From Vicugna vicugna (Eukaryota): a stretch of DNA of 64,000 nt. The notes beneath the pieces were generated by a model that saw nothing but the letters and a program-made list of their open reading frames with translations, did not search any database and had not been told where the DNA came from. Positions 25,355 to 39,260 of the stretch are shown here, one piece after another (within the stretch, counting starts at the first letter, position 1; each line of letters opens with the position of its first letter). The position numbers were made by a program, and so were the translations under genes. Where the stretch lies: positions 186,001 through 250,000 of the forward strand of contig MU057724.1 of the NCBI GenBank assembly GCA_013265495.1, in the 5' to 3' direction.

Positions 25355-26660
25355 ATACTTACGTGTATTGTCACCTGATTTTTGACAAGGGAAACGTTTC
25401 AGTGGAAAGAACAGTAATTACAGCAAGTAGCACTGAAACAGCTAACATCCACATGCAGAAGAATTAGATGGACCCTGCCTCACACCATATACAAGGATTA
25501 ATTCGAAATAGATCATAATCCTAAATGTAAGAACTGAAACTGTAAAACTCTCGGAAGATAACATAGGGATATATCTTCATAACCATACATAGTAGGCAAT
25601 GGTTTCTTACATATGGTACCAAAAGCATACACAACAAAAGAAAAACACATAACTGGGACTTAATGACAGTAAAAACTGTGCTGTGCGCAAAGGACATCAT
25701 CAAGAGGGTAGAAGACAACCCAGACAAGAGGGGAAACTTTCTGCAAATCACATATCTGATAGGAGACTTGTATCCAGAATATTTAAAACTAACACAACTC
25801 AACATAAAAAGATAACCCAAGTTAAAAATGGTCAGAGGGCTTGAGTAACCACGTGTCCAGAGAAGACACACAGATGCCGAGAAACACGAGGTGACCAACA
25901 TGCATGATTAGCCGTCAGGGACACAGAAGTCAGACCCTGGTGGGCAGCACGGCTGTGATAAAGAGCTGGACAGTAATAGATGTGGACAAGGATCTGGAGA
26001 AACTGGACCTCTCACAAAGGCTAGTAAAATGGTGCAGCCACCGTGGAAAACAGCCTGGCAGCTCTTCCAAAAGCTGCACATGCCCGTAGCATTACCATGT
26101 GACCCAGCAGTTCCACTCATAGGTGTGAACCCGTGAGAAGGGAAGATACTCATTTCTGCACTGACATTCATAGCAGCACTATTCATAAATGCAGAAACAG
26201 TGGAAACAACCCAATGTTCATCAGCTGATGGATGGGTAAGCAGAATGTGATGTCCGCTTGGTGGATTATTACTCGGCAACAGACAGGAATGCAGTCCCGG
26301 TCCCCGCTGCAACGTGGCTGTGCCTTGCGATGTTGCGCTGGGTGAAGGGAGCTGACAGAGAGGCTGCAGCAGTGCAGGAATCCCTGCATGTGAAGCAGTC
26401 AGAGCAGGCAAACGCACGGAGACACAGAGTAGAGTGAGGGGAGAGCAGGGTGGGGAGGCTGCTTAACAGATGGGGGTTCCTTTGGGGGAGATGCTCCAGG
26501 ACTGGATGGTGTGGCTGGTTGGAGAACATGTGTGTACTTCCTGCCACTGAATTGTACACTTTAAAATGGTGAGACTGTACATTTTATGTTACGTGTATTT
26601 TGCTGCACTAAAATGGGGTGAATTTTATGGTATGTAAATTAGGTGTCACTAAAGCTGTTA
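25355..26660 (+). mobile_element. L1MB-type 3' portion (ORF2 C-terminus and 3' UTR)
   Basis: ctgatttttgacaagg, cctcacaccatataca, cctaaatgtaagaactgaaactgtaaaactc, gccactgaattgtacactttaaaatggt. Confidence 0.9.
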
Positions 26661-26679
26661 TCAACGTGGAAGGCACAAT

Positions 26680-27090
26680 AGCTCAGATTATCTGCAGGTA
26701 ACTGTACTGAGGGAGAAGTTCAGTCCAAAAGATTGTGTGCTGGATGATTCCACTTTTATAGTGTTTTGAAGTCGCAGAATTTTGGAAGTAGAGGACAGGA
26801 GAGTGGTTTCTGGATGTTAGAGGGGTGGGTAGGAAGCAGGCGGTGATAAAGGCAGCGAGAGGTCCACGTGCTCGTGGACTGCTGAGCCTCCGACTGCAGC
26901 GGTGGCGTGTCAGGCAGCAGCCGCGCACGTGCACAGCACCAGTGGTGGGTGAGACATGGACGGGGGCCGAGGCAGCATGAGGCGCCCAGTGAGTTGTCTG
27001 CCTTGATGTGGGCAGGACGCAGGGCAGAGTATGTTAGGGTCTCTGTGACAAACCTCACAGCTGCTTCCCTCAACCTAAATTTTAGCTGAC
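26680..27090 (+). mobile_element. L1MC/MD-type 3' UTR fragment
   Basis: tgattccacttttatagtgttttgaa...gagtggtttctgg resembles L1MD 3' ends. Confidence 0.55.
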
Positions 27091-27959
27091 AAAAATGTGT
27101 GAGAGTGACCACGTATCTTGGAAAACTTTCTGGAGGGAAAGTTCTGTGAATGTGTGACACGTCGTTTCCTGACTATTGTCTTGGCCCAGCCAGTCTTACC
27201 TCTAGGAGCGGAGACCACGGTCACAGTCCGGACCACATGGTCTGTCCCCACTTTGTGTCCTCCTTAAAGACCAGGCTTGCAGCAGGGCCTCTGTTTGGTT
27301 AATTTCAGCAACGCAGTATTTCCCAAAAATAAAGAGGAAGTCTGAGTGTGGAAAAGGCCTTTCTCAGGCTTTTTGCTGTCCTGTAGTTGTCACTTTTAGC
27401 AGCGAAAGATTGTTACTCCTTCCTGTTCACTGATATTAGAGAGTTTGTGTGTCATACTTTTCTTTTAGCAAAGGGAAAATACAGTTTTTTAAATGAATAA
27501 AACCCACGTTTCTGTGCAGTGGACGTCTTCCCGCTAACTCATGCTGAAAAGATCAGCAGCAGGATTAGCTGTTTACTTTAGGAGGCAGGCTGCTTGTTTT
27601 CCTGGAGGACACAGTGTCCTGCTGGATCTGGTTTCCTGTCCGCGTGCGGCTTGGAGCTGGGAAGGCCCTGCCCCTGGCGCAGTCTCTCGCCCACAAGCCT
27701 TCCTTCCCCTTCTCCCTCTGCTTTTTTCTCACTTCATCCTCTAATTTCTTTCTTAAACTGAGACTTAGGAAGGGGTTCTAACATGGAGAGAAGAGTCCTT
27801 GTTGATCTTCAGAGGCTGCTTCAGTTGACAGTGACCTAGAATAAAACAGCCGGACTGACTCTGATTCCGGGAATTCTTGGTGGACTGCTCAGAAGTGCTT
27901 CCATGACGCGTGTAAACACCCACATGCCACTGCTCTGCTTCTCTCGGAACACAAGCATC

Positions 27960-27993
27960 CACACATACACACACACACACACAAACACACACA
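27960..27993. repeat. Imperfect (CA)n microsatellite
   Basis: Seen directly. Confidence 0.95.
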
Positions 27994-28193
27994 CTCGTCC
28001 ACTGCTTCTCTCTTTCCTTAATTTATGTGTCTGTGATACCAAGAAAGAAGGGAAAAATAAATATTTTTGAAAAGTTGGGGAGGGGCATTTAAAGCTTCAA
28101 AGAAAAATTAAATTATAGCCTTGCTAAAACCTTCTCAGTGAATCAACGATTTTGATTTTCTTATTCCTGGTGCTTTGTTCTTTACTTTCACAG

Positions 28194-28260
28194 GTTAACA
28201 ATGCTTGCATTTGAGGAAATTTTAAAGCATTCTTTAATTAGCATATGTGACATTCAGCTG
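28194..28260 (+). other. Candidate exon of an unidentified plus-strand transcript (unverified)
   Basis: Acceptor tgctttgttctttactttcacag, donor CTG|gtaaga, one open frame LTMLAFEEILKHSLISICDIQL. Peptide not recognised. Confidence 0.25.
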
Positions 28261-30254
28261 GTAAGAGAAGGAAAGAAACTAAAGACAAATATTAACTCCA
28301 CGATGGACTTTGTACTTCCAGCATGATGTGACTGGGATTGGACCGTGAACCTCTTGTCTGTGTTGTTGTATGTTGCCGGCCTCGTGCTGTGGAGTGTAGT
28401 CTCCTCTGGCACCAGCTCCCCTGCATTCTTCCAGCATCACCCTCGTGCCTCTGACAGGCGGAGGGCTCTGGGGATGAGACAGGAGCCCCCTGGTGTGTAA
28501 ATGACTCTTGATTGCTTTACCCAGAGGGGAGCTTTCCTTATGGCAAAACTGTAGGGGCCGGGTGGTGAGTATGGCACCACAAGGCCGATCACAAGCTGGT
28601 TTCCCAAGTGAGGACGTCCTTTCTGTGCGCGGGGCACCCCCATGCTGCCTCGAGCATCTTTCTCAGGGCCCTTCACACGAGCGATCAGCCCTTTCACGGA
28701 GTTGTGCACACCTGCGTACCAGCAGGTGACGGGAGGAAGCCACCTTCTTGTCCATTAACTGCATTTGTAGCAAAGTGGTGGGCAAAGGGAACCAGGATTC
28801 TGAGCACAGATTAGGTGTGGGCACTTAGCAGGGGTGAGGCCAGTTCAAGTTACCAAGGCTGGATGGCTCGAGGGCTAAAGCTCCCAGCACCCCTTCCCTG
28901 GCCAGCCGCCATCTAGTTCCTCATGCTTAAAGTCATACCGGTGGGGGGAGGATTTTATTTGGGGGAAGATCTGTATTTTAGGCACGGGTAGAACACTGAT
29001 CTTAAATAAGTGCATTTTACTTATTTAAGACAGTTACTCCGAATGTTGAGTGGCAGACTCTGTCTTGTGGGACAAATGCATTTTCGAGGCCCTTACTCTA
29101 CCACTGACACCCCTTACTCCTTGTGAGACACTGTCTGTTCTGCTCTAGCATTTTTCTGAGGTGACCACTTCTGAATACAGCCAGCTCCCTTGTGTGCCGC
29201 TTGCGGGCGGGGTGCCAGCAGCAGAGTGTGTGGCACTGCTGAGCATCGGGCATCCTGTCCTGCAGTAGGAGGGGGGTGGATACACCCACCCTGCTTCCCA
29301 ATGCCAACCCACCGATAACTTTAAAGCATCAAGCCCCTCATCTCCCTGTGCCTGGCTGAGCTCAGTTCATGTTTCAGAGGCTGTTGAAGACAGTGCTTGA
29401 GTCGGCGGTTGTCCTGCTGAGCAAGGCCACACGCTGCTCCCGTGGGCCACTGCCTCCTGAGGGTTAGAGTTGCCCACACTGACTCAGAACAAGGGAATCG
29501 GAAAGACCTCCAGAGAGTGACCCTGGTCTGCAGGGAGGAGTCTCAGTCAGGAGCTGCTGGTGGTGGAGCAGGCCTGGGCCAGCCCCTGTTCCCTGCGACT
29601 CGGGGCCGTCAGCTCTGTCCTTGCCACCTTTGGGACAAGGCTCTCCATCATCCTTGGGGTCCACGGCTGCTCTGTTCTCTGAAACGAGCCGGCACCTGGG
29701 CTGCGTGTCCCTGAGGCTGCCCCTTACCCTCCACCCACCTCCTTTAGATATCTTGGGCCAGTGTCTACTCTGACTGGCCCTCACCCATCCCCCAAGACTG
29801 CTTGCTTCTGTCTGCCTGAGATACAGGCCCACATGCTGACTGGGGACTGCACTTGTGTGTGGGCCGGGCCACAGGATGACCCAGCAAGCTGGCGCCTCAC
29901 CATGCATGCTGACCCAGTGCTGCCAGAGCTGCAGGCTTCTCGAGACAATGGGAAATTTGAATTTCATGTAAAATCTCCCAATTTTTCATATTTGCTACTT
30001 TTTTTTTTCCTTTTAATTAGCACCAAAGAAAATATACCGGCCAGCAGAACTTGACCTGTGAGCACCTTGCAGCTCTGCTTTGCATCCATTAGGGCAGTGA
30101 ACTCACATAGGCCCCAGGAGGCTCTGAGAGTTCTCTGTCCAAGCCTTCCTCCTCCCCATCCTGAGGATTGTAGGTCTGAAACAGAGACTTCTAACTAACA
30201 CACGTTAGTGTCTGCACTGCACAGGGCCAGTGATTCACCACCCAGCCCCGTCAG

Positions 30255-30309
30255 GTCCCCCGCACAGGCCCCTCCCCACGTGTCCCCCGCACAGGCCCCT
30301 CCCCACGTG
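30255..30309. repeat. Perfect 27-bp tandem duplication
   Basis: GTCCCCCGCACAGGCCCCTCCCCACGT occurs at 30255-30281 and 30282-30308. Confidence 0.95.
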
Positions 30310-30494
30310 CCCACCAGGTGATGCCACTGCCTCCCCTACCCCCGTTTCCTCCCCTTTACAAGTGCTTCTCTTATTTTTAATTTTTCCTAAATATAACTTT
30401 GACTTTAACTTGAGAGTAATGCATTGGAATCCCCAAATATTAAAGTGTTTCCCCTTATTACCACTTTCCCCTGTCTTCCTTTTCTTTCCTTCAT

Positions 30495-30790
30495 ACTTCT
30501 AGCCTTCTTTCAACTTCTTGAACATGGGAAAAGCTTGTTATCATCGCAGATTCTGTGTGCGATACTGTCTTCGCTGAGCATGCTTCTCCGCCTTGTGCTC
30601 GGTGAGCTTCTCTTTCCTCAGGACTCAGCTTAAAGATCACCTCCCTGAAGACCTGGCTGGGCCATCCCACCTGTGCTTTCTCACAGACACACCGTGATTT
30701 CCCGCCTACATCCGCCGCCTGTGACTGTGCATTCACTGGTGCCAGGCCTTTCCCTAGGCCACCTGCACAGGGCCTGGGCACGGCGGTCCT
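30495..30790 (+). mobile_element. L2 3' fragment
   Basis: ccttctttcaacttcttgaacat and ctcagcttaaagatcacctccctgaagacct are L2-like. Confidence 0.6.
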
Positions 30791-31729
30791 GCTGTGTTAG
30801 CACATAGACAGACACCCCAAGGGCAGGGTGCTGTCGGGGGCACGGTGACAACCCCGTATGTGCCCCTGTCACCGAGAAGCTCGCGACACTGACTTCTCGG
30901 CGCTGCATCCTGCAGGCCTCACTGCATCAAGTGCTTCCGTGACTGACCCAGCAATTCTGTTCTTGGCTCGTTTCTTGTGTCCAAGCAAGTCAGACTGTCT
31001 TTTAGGAAAAAAAGAACAACTCACACTGAAGTCTCCAAACTCTGAGAGTCTGCATGTGCTCTCAGAGCTTACAGATAATGGCTCCAGAGGCATTGTGTGC
31101 CCTTCCCTGGCACAGGCTGGCCTTCCACAGGGCCTTTATTTCCAACGGAAGTCAGTTGACACAAACAGAAGACAGACTTCCGGAACAGCAGAGTGGAGAC
31201 GCAGTGGGTTCTCTCCTTGGCAAACAAACATTTTAACTGGAGAAAACTATAAAAAAAAAAACAAAACAATAAAACCACGTAAAGCCTCTGGAAACTAGCC
31301 TAAGATCATACAGCAGATGGAGCAGCCATCCATCCACGGGATCGAGAACACCCACTGGATCTCAGTAAGAGCAGCGAGTCTATGGCCCTGACCTGCCATG
31401 CCACCACTGCTCTGGGGCTCTGATCCAGGGAGCACAGCCAGGGCCACAGCCCCGCCCCTCCGTTCCCAGTCCAGGCCCAATTTCACTCGAGGAGGGCCGT
31501 CCCCCAGGATCCCTCGTCCCCTGGGCCATGTTGCGGAAGCTCCACCCCAAGTGCAGTGGGCCAAGAACACTGGCCCAGATGGCCTCCCCCAGCTCACCCA
31601 CAGGGCAGAAGTGCCAGGCGGAGAGGCCAGCCCAGAAGACCAGTGCTGCCACCACCCCCAGAACCCACTGTGGAGCGGAGACAGGATGCTCTGCAGCAGT
31701 AAATAACTAATCAGTGAGCAGACAAAAAA

Positions 31730-33150
31730 GAGTGGAGACACAGAAAGTTTGAAAAACGTACTTAAGCAACTGACTAACAAACCATGTACAAAAGCCTGTA
31801 CTTAACAGTTAGAGCGTGTGCATTCTTATTTGAAACTGTCGTAAAAATTGATTATGTGCTAAGACATAAAACAAATCTCTACAAATGTAAAAGAACTGTT
31901 ATGGAAGAGAGATTCTCTCACCTTAGGGCAATTAAATTAGAGTTAATAACAAAAATTTGTGCATTTTAAATCCTTATAGAAAAAAGTGTTTTAAATACTT
32001 CCAAATAACTCATGGATCAAAGAAGAAATAATAATGGATATTTAAAATACCTAGAATTGATTAATAATAATAAAAATACTAAATATCAAACTTAATGTGA
32101 TGTCATTAATTTGCTATTTAGAAGAAATTTTGTAGTCTGAACAGCTTATTTTAGACAGAAGGAAGTCTCAGAATTAATGAGCTGAGCCTCTAGCATAAGG
32201 AACAGTTTAAAACCAATAGAACAAATACAAAGACAGTAAAAGGGAGGAGATTATAAACATGAGTAGAAACTGATAACATAAACAAGGAGACAGTGAATAA
32301 ACAGAGCTTTTGAAATGGTTAATAATCATTCTATGGTGAAACTCAGAAAGAGAAAGAAAAGATACGAATAAATAACACGAAAAAGGAAAAGGAAGGGTGT
32401 CAGCCTCACCAGCCACTAGTGACAGGGGAAGCGGGTGTCGTTCCATCTATGTGATAAACTTGAAAATGTAAACAAAAGGGGCAAGTCCCTAGGAAAATAT
32501 ACTTTGGCAAAATATCTCAAGAAAAAATTAGAAAGCCCAAATAGTACAATTCTCATTTGAGAAGCTGAGAGTTAAAATCTTCCCAGGACAAGAAAGCACA
32601 TGAGTGAGATCATTGTATTACTAAGTCTTTTCAAATTGTCAAAAACAGGTCACTCAAATCTTATACAAATTTTTCAAATAAAAAAGGAATCCCTCTCCAC
32701 TCATTATACGAAGCTGGTATAAATAATCTTGATACCAAATCTAATATGAGAAGTAAAACTAAAGGTCAAGTGCTACTCACGGATACAGATACAAAACTCC
32801 TACACAAAATGTATGCTGTAGGGTCCTGGCTCTCTCTTGGGAGTAGAAAACGTGCTCTAACACTAGGGAAACTAGCTGTCGTTTACCACGTTAGCAAAGG
32901 TGATAAAAACATACCACTTCCATTAATACAGAAAGTGCATTTTATAAGCTCATTCATGATTTTAAAAATTTCTCAGCAAACTAGGAATGTCTAACAAAAA
33001 AAGAAAAAAAGCCCAGCAAGCATCATTCTTACCTGTGAAACACCAAAGACACTGTCTGCAAGACGGAGAACAAAGTAAGATGCCTAGTGTCACTGGCTTC
33101 TTCTCAAGGTCACGTTGAAGTCCCTAAAGGGCAGTCAGAACAGAAGATAA
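31730..33150 (+). mobile_element. Old L1 ORF2 fragment (late endonuclease to early RT)
   Basis: Peptides KIDYVLRHKTNL and LLTDTDTKLL; aataactcatggatcaaagaagaaat; cactcattatacgaagctggtat; strong A-richness. Confidence 0.85.
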
Positions 33151-36100
33151 ATAAAAAGCGTAAAGCGATCATCATGAGCAGATGAAACAGCTTCCTGGAC
33201 CTTGTTAGAAGTACCACGAGCAGTGAGCGAGATTGAGACCGGTCACAGGAGTTGAGTAGACTCTGCACGCCAGCTGTGCTCGCACCAGCAGCGCTCAGCC
33301 ACAGGCAGGACACCACCTAACATAGCACACAACCATAGGGGTCCAGCCACAAAGAAAAGATGGATGCACACGAACTCTGGAGAAAACTGTGATCTGAAAA
33401 CTGGCCTGAGTGCCCCCGGGGCGGGGCCGAACCCAGGGCCACTTCCTGCTCATGCAGCTCTGGAAGGTCTTCCCTCATTCCTACGGTTAAGTGAGAATGT
33501 TGACAGTTAAGGAACTTCCCACGTACCAGGCTTACCTGTGTGGTACTGTGTTCCCTGGATATGATGCAATGTGGGAGATGTCTCTGGTGATTCAGGAAAG
33601 ACGAGTTGATCGTGGGCCCTTTTCTGTGCAGACCTGTCACATCAGCAGTGATTAAGGAGACAGCACCTCCCGGAGCTGGTTGGGGCTGTGTTGAAGGCCA
33701 GGGCTCCCAGCCAGTGGGGCCAGTGTCCACCTCGGGCCAGTGCCCACCTCAGGCCTGAGCCAGCTGTGTGAGCAGAAGCGGGTGGGAAGGCGTGAACGGA
33801 AGGAGGAGGAGGGTGGTGATAACTGGTCTCTGGAGAGACAAGTAAACAGGACCAGTCTTCCTCCATCATCTGGGATACAGGCAAACGTCAGAACAGACTT
33901 AATGCGAAGGTGTGAGCCCATTCCCCCTCCCCCTCTCAGCACAAGCAGTCAGAAGTTCTCTCTAGTTTCACGAGGCAGATCTGGGGACATTTCTGTGCTT
34001 ATCTTGACTTTTGTGTATTTTGACAGACAGGAACACTTGTGGAGCAGAGTTGGGCAGGTGTTAACTCCTGGGGTGGGAGCGGCTATAGGACCCTCTCCCA
34101 GCAGAAGGCGGAGCCTGGCCCTGTCGCTGTGCCTTAGCCTCTCAATGTTAGAGCGGGGCAGACACCAAAGCACTTCCCTCCGAGAGGTTCTATGTGACAC
34201 AGCGTGGCAGGGGATGACAGACGACCTAGTCAGTTCGTCCCTGCCCTCACGCAGCCCGCTGCTTCAGGCAGGACACTGTCACCAGTGGGCTTGATGTTCT
34301 GTACGGCTGTTGGGCACCTGTACAAAACCTCAGGGTTTCTGCGACCGCGGACAGGATGAAATGGGAAGAGAGGATGCTCATTTTCCGGGCAGTGGTGATG
34401 TATTTGATTTGAGAGGTGCTCTTCTTCTTGTGCCTTTAAAGTGCACTGGTCAGAATTCTGTCTCCTTCTCTGTTTTGTGGATAGTGACCCAAACCTACAA
34501 GTACAAATCTGCAAAGTGCACATTTCCACTCAACGGTCCTTCACCCCAGCACATCCATTTAGGAAGGTGTTTACAGTGGATCCCTAGTGAAGGAGAAGAG
34601 ATTTCTCATCTTTGTCCTGAATTAGAAACTGTCTCCTAAAAGGGCAAATGTGAATGCTTTTTTGTAGAGTTTGTCTTCTCGTGCAAGATGCCTGCGGACT
34701 ATTCGGTGAGGTGCACTTGGTCGGCATGGCCCTGAAGGACAGAGCGCTGGAGGGGAAGTCCTGCAGGCTGGCGGGACTGAAGGTTCTGCGGAAGGCCACC
34801 AGAGGAAGGTGAGAGCCCTGAGTGCGTCCCATCTGCTACAGCAGAGTCTCTAATTTTATTTCTAAAGAAAATAGACTAGAGTCTGCCTGTAAAATGAGGC
34901 TACCGGTTGTATGGAGCCCATAAAGTCTCTCCAGGAGAAAACGTGTGACAGACAGCAAAAATAATGATGCAGGTGTAATGATTCACAATTTTATTAAAAT
35001 TAAGACTAAAAATGTTAAGTACATGTGTTTTAATTCTAAAATTTTTCTGTATATTTTGTTGTCTATAATAATAAGACAGCTTGGCATGAGTCACTTTATA
35101 TAAATGAGAATATAATTTACTGAAAAGGCATTTTATAAGCTTTAAGCAAAACTCTTAATTTGTCATATCTTTTTGCTTTCCATCTCAAGAAAGCTTGTTC
35201 TGTCAGGTTTCGTGTTGTTTTGGGAACGGTACGTGGGTCTGGCCCCAGCGGTGGCTGTTCATTCCAGTAACCATCGTAGTCTAGGAATTAGGGAAAAGCA
35301 GAAGTATTTTTAATGGAACTATCCAGTCACAGAGAGAATTAGTGTAAACAGTGTACCTGGGGTTTTCTCACTGCAGCCTCCCTTTCCTCAAGTAGCTTGT
35401 CATTTTAGCTCTCTTGATGTTACTTTGTTTAATTACAGTAACTCCTGAGCTTGTAACAGTATCTGAGGGAGGAAGAAACCCATTTTGCATGTGTTTGCAT
35501 GGGTTTTCTTCTGATTTGGAAGCAGTCATTGGTAACCCTCTCTAGGGGTCTCCATGATGACGGTCCGGCCATGGCCCTTCTACGCGAAGCACTGCCGGGC
35601 AGTTCTGCTGCCTGGCCGCTGTGGGCAGTACGCTAACCCGGCCCTATGTTGTGCCTCGTCTGACTATCACATGGCCCTGCGTAGATCCTGGAGCGGTTTA
35701 TTGACTCGTTTACAGAAGGAGGGCTGTGTTATAATGTCACTGCCTTGTAGATTATGGAGCGGGCTGCCCAGATATTTGGAAAGCATGTCTAGACGTGTGA
35801 AAAGCTTAACTGGGTCACAGGAACCTTATCCTGATGAAGGCTGAACCTCATTTCACCCCCAGTTTCAGAGTCACAAGCATCTGGAAAGACTCTGTAGCTG
35901 GGGCAAGTGAGTTGCTGCCTTGACATTGTCCTGACGGTGGTAACTCCATTGGGGCCATGTAAGACGTCCCCGCACTCTGGACAAGGCCCCCCCCCAGAGC
36001 ACACCAGGACATGAGGGGCTCCGCATCACAGGGGCCTCAGTGGGGCTCCTCCAGCTGGCAGGCCTGCCCTGCGCTGCAGAGCAGAGGGGCTCCTGCAGAC

Positions 36101-36646
36101 ACACTTCCTGCTGGGGGTTCCTCATGGGACTGACTGCGCCAGGCTGGGACCCCGGGGCTCTGGCTCTGTGAAGTCATGGTCTTTAACCGTGATTCCGTAC
36201 AGCCGTCTGTATCCCTAATATTTCATCTGGTTTTTGTGGGTTGCTCTGGAAGCCTTGCTGCTGTCTGCAGTGTTGCCATAGGAAGTGTTTTTTTTTTTTC
36301 CATGTGAAATGCACTGAGTATTCGAAATAATTCCTTTACAAGCTTTTGAAATCATTCCATTTTTAAGTTGGTAACTAAATATTTGATACTTTTTTTAGGT
36401 TGGAATTAATCTCTATCTTATATATTTAATTTTATGTTGGCATGTAAACATCCAAATAAATATTTAGGTTGTCTTTTTGTTCCTCTGGAAGCTATAATTC
36501 TTCAAAACAAATTATTAAACAGTTTTGGAATGCTGGATGTTATAATTGCCTGTTAGTGATATCATCCATTGTCAGTCATCCATCCACAGCCCAGTAAACA
36601 CAAGTTGTTTCTTTTTTTCCCCCAAATTATTGTGTTTCATAGCAAC

Positions 36647-36695
36647 TCTCATAAACTTTAACAAAATATACTTCTCATAAATCTTAACAAAATAT
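36647..36695. repeat. 26-bp-period tandem duplication
   Basis: TCTCATAAACTTTAACAAAATAT at 36647 and TCTCATAAATCTTAACAAAATAT at 36673. Confidence 0.85.
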
Positions 36696-38280
36696 CCTTA
36701 ATTCCAAAAATTCAAGCTAAAATGATTAATTATAATTATATAATTCCGATATTTAATATAGAAAATTACTTTTTTGCCAGTTGGAAGGAAGTTTTATGTT
36801 TGGGCTAAGTCGTGGAGTCTTTGAAATCCAAGCTACCAGGTTTCATCTGGTCCACCGTCAGAGTGACGGAAAATCACTGCTTCCCACGACAGCTTCGGGT
36901 GGACTGATGGCCTTGGAGCTGAGCAGACAGACAGACATGCTGCTGGACCCCTGTGCGGGGCGCCCTGCTCTGTCCACCTGCCCTCTCGGGAACTGTTGCA
37001 GAAAAACAGCTGTCACATCTTCTGCATTTCTCTGACACATTGTTGGAGTCGAGTGTCCATACTGATAGGCTGAAGTGAGAAGAGTCAGGAAAAGAGCCTG
37101 GATTTAATGGAAAAAACCATTTAAAATGACATGGCTGAGGCTTGTGCTCTGCCTGCTCCCCCCCACCCCCCCGAGGACTCCTTGCTGTTTGTCCAGTGAC
37201 TGAGGCACGTCCCTAGACCTTTGTCCTCCCAGGTGGCCTCTGCAAACAGTTTAGAGGCAAACAAGCTGAAAACTCACATAACATTGGTGTCATAATTCTG
37301 TGTGGGAGCTGCATCTTTTTATTGCTGATTATTATGCTGCTGTGTTTATGCAGTAGAGTAACACTGAGGGGAAAACAAATTTCCTGGAATATGTGAACCC
37401 TCTAAGTATGGAACATGTAGCTAAGCAAATTTTTTGCGGGTGAGGGGAACCTCTTTCAGTTCAAAATCCTGCTGGTATTTATGTCCCAGCTTGTTAAAAC
37501 AAAAACCACTCATCTGTCTAAACTATGTTAGTAATTTATAGGTTCTGTTTTATTTAGGTCTCTCACATGGCCCTTCGGGGGTGAGTACTGGAGACTGCTG
37601 AGGGGTGTTTAGTCAGCACTCACTGTGTGCAGAGGGGCCACCTGAGTGCTGAGAGTGACAGGGAAGCACGTAATATGACCCTGACCTTGCGCTGTCTCTG
37701 TTTGATCTGAAGACTAGACCTGCCCGAGGACAGGGCAGTTGTTTTTTAAGTGATGGAATCTTAAATGGCTGGTCTCAGGTTTCGTCAAAGGAGTGAGGAG
37801 AATGTTTAAACATCTTGATCTTGCAGAAAAAAAATTTCTCCTCAGATTGGGAAGATGTTGTCTGTGAAGACATAAAAGTAGAACTAGGCGGAAGTATAAC
37901 TCACTCATTTTTTTCTTACATACTTGGTGATATGTTCCTGGCTCGTTGTTGCTGTGCTAGATTCTTGGGATTTATCTGAACCAGAACACACTGAAATAAA
38001 AGGTCAGCTAGATAAAGCCTGAAATCCTATTATTATGGGTTCTGATTCTTCCAGGAGAAAATTAGGGCCCTGTGAGTTTTTAAGAGAAGAGAAGAAGAGG
38101 TACTAAAGATGAAAATGGAGTTAGGATTATCCTACTGTTGTAACTGTAATAGATCTGAAATAGAGGGAGAGATTGGGACAGGGCTGCAAATTTGGAAACT
38201 TGTGTAGTAATTGAGGGAAAGAGAGTGAAGAACCAATTACCACTGATTTTTTTTCAGTTTTCTTAAACTAAAAAAAAAAA

Positions 38281-38367
38281 TTGTATTGCAGTATCATTGA
38301 TTTACAGTGTTGTTAGTTTCTGGTGTGCAGCACAGTGATTCAGTTGTATGTGTTTGTACATATTCTA
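38281..38367 (-). mobile_element. Short L1 3'-terminal fragment (artiodactyl-type)
   Basis: ttgatttacagtgttgttagtttctggtgtgcagcacagtgattcagtt resembles the L1 end at 47085-47150. Confidence 0.75.
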
Positions 38368-38919
38368 AATCCCGCACCCTGGACTCAGACCCTGGGTCCC
38401 CCTCACTAGGTCCAGGAGACGTGCATGAGGTTGTGTTGTGATACTTTATCAAGGATGGGATCCCACCTTGAGGAGGAGGGCCTTGAACAGGGAGGGTGAC
38501 TGGCCAGGGGTCAGGCTCCACTGTGACTCTGGGCACCAGGGCCTCCGTCTCCTGGGAGACGCTCCCGACCCACATGCTCAGTGGTGCCACAGAGGGAGTC
38601 TTCAGGAATTGTCCAGCACAGGTCGTGAGGGTTAGGGTCATTGTCCAGGAATCATCACAGATGCCCCTTCAACAGGAAGTAAGCAGTGGTGAGAGCCTTC
38701 CTGGGGAAAGATACTTCAGCAGCAATTTCCTTCCTTTGATTTCTCCTCTTCGAAGAGGTTGCCCTCTTACAGAGACACACTTCTCTTGGGGTTTGAGGTC
38801 TAGAAAGTCTTTGCTCATTAGAAATCCTCTTTTAAGGGACATTCTTTAGAATTCTTTCATTAAATTGTTCCTGATAGGTTCACCACCCAAGTTTCTAGAA
38901 GGAGAATAAAATGTCACTG

Positions 38920-39260
38920 AGAATGAATGTCCCAAATCCTGGAAGCAAGGATGCTCAAGAGCACTGACAGGGTGGAGGCACTGGCCCACGTAAAACGTGC
39001 TACGGAAGAAAGCCCACAGAGGGTCACACGTCTTGGAGCCCCGTTTACAGGAAGCATTCAGGGTGACAAACTCGTGGTGACAATGCAGGGTGGGTGTCAC
39101 TGGGAGGAGGGGACAGGGAGTGACTGTGATGGGGGGGCACCTCTGGGCTGATGGCAATATTGTGCTACCCAGCAATGTGCTGAATGTACTAAATGCCACC
39201 AAACTGCACATTGAAAAGGTTAATTTTATGTTGTGTGAATTTCACTTCAATTTTTAAAAA
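38920..39260 (+). mobile_element. L1MB-type 3' end
   Basis: aatgtactaaatgccaccaaactgcacattgaaaaggttaattttatgttgtgtgaatttcacttcaa. Confidence 0.8.

Noticed and set aside
35554..35662. C/D-box snoRNA-like motifs (ATGATGA...CTGA)
   Set aside because: No terminal stem and no recognisable guide sequence.
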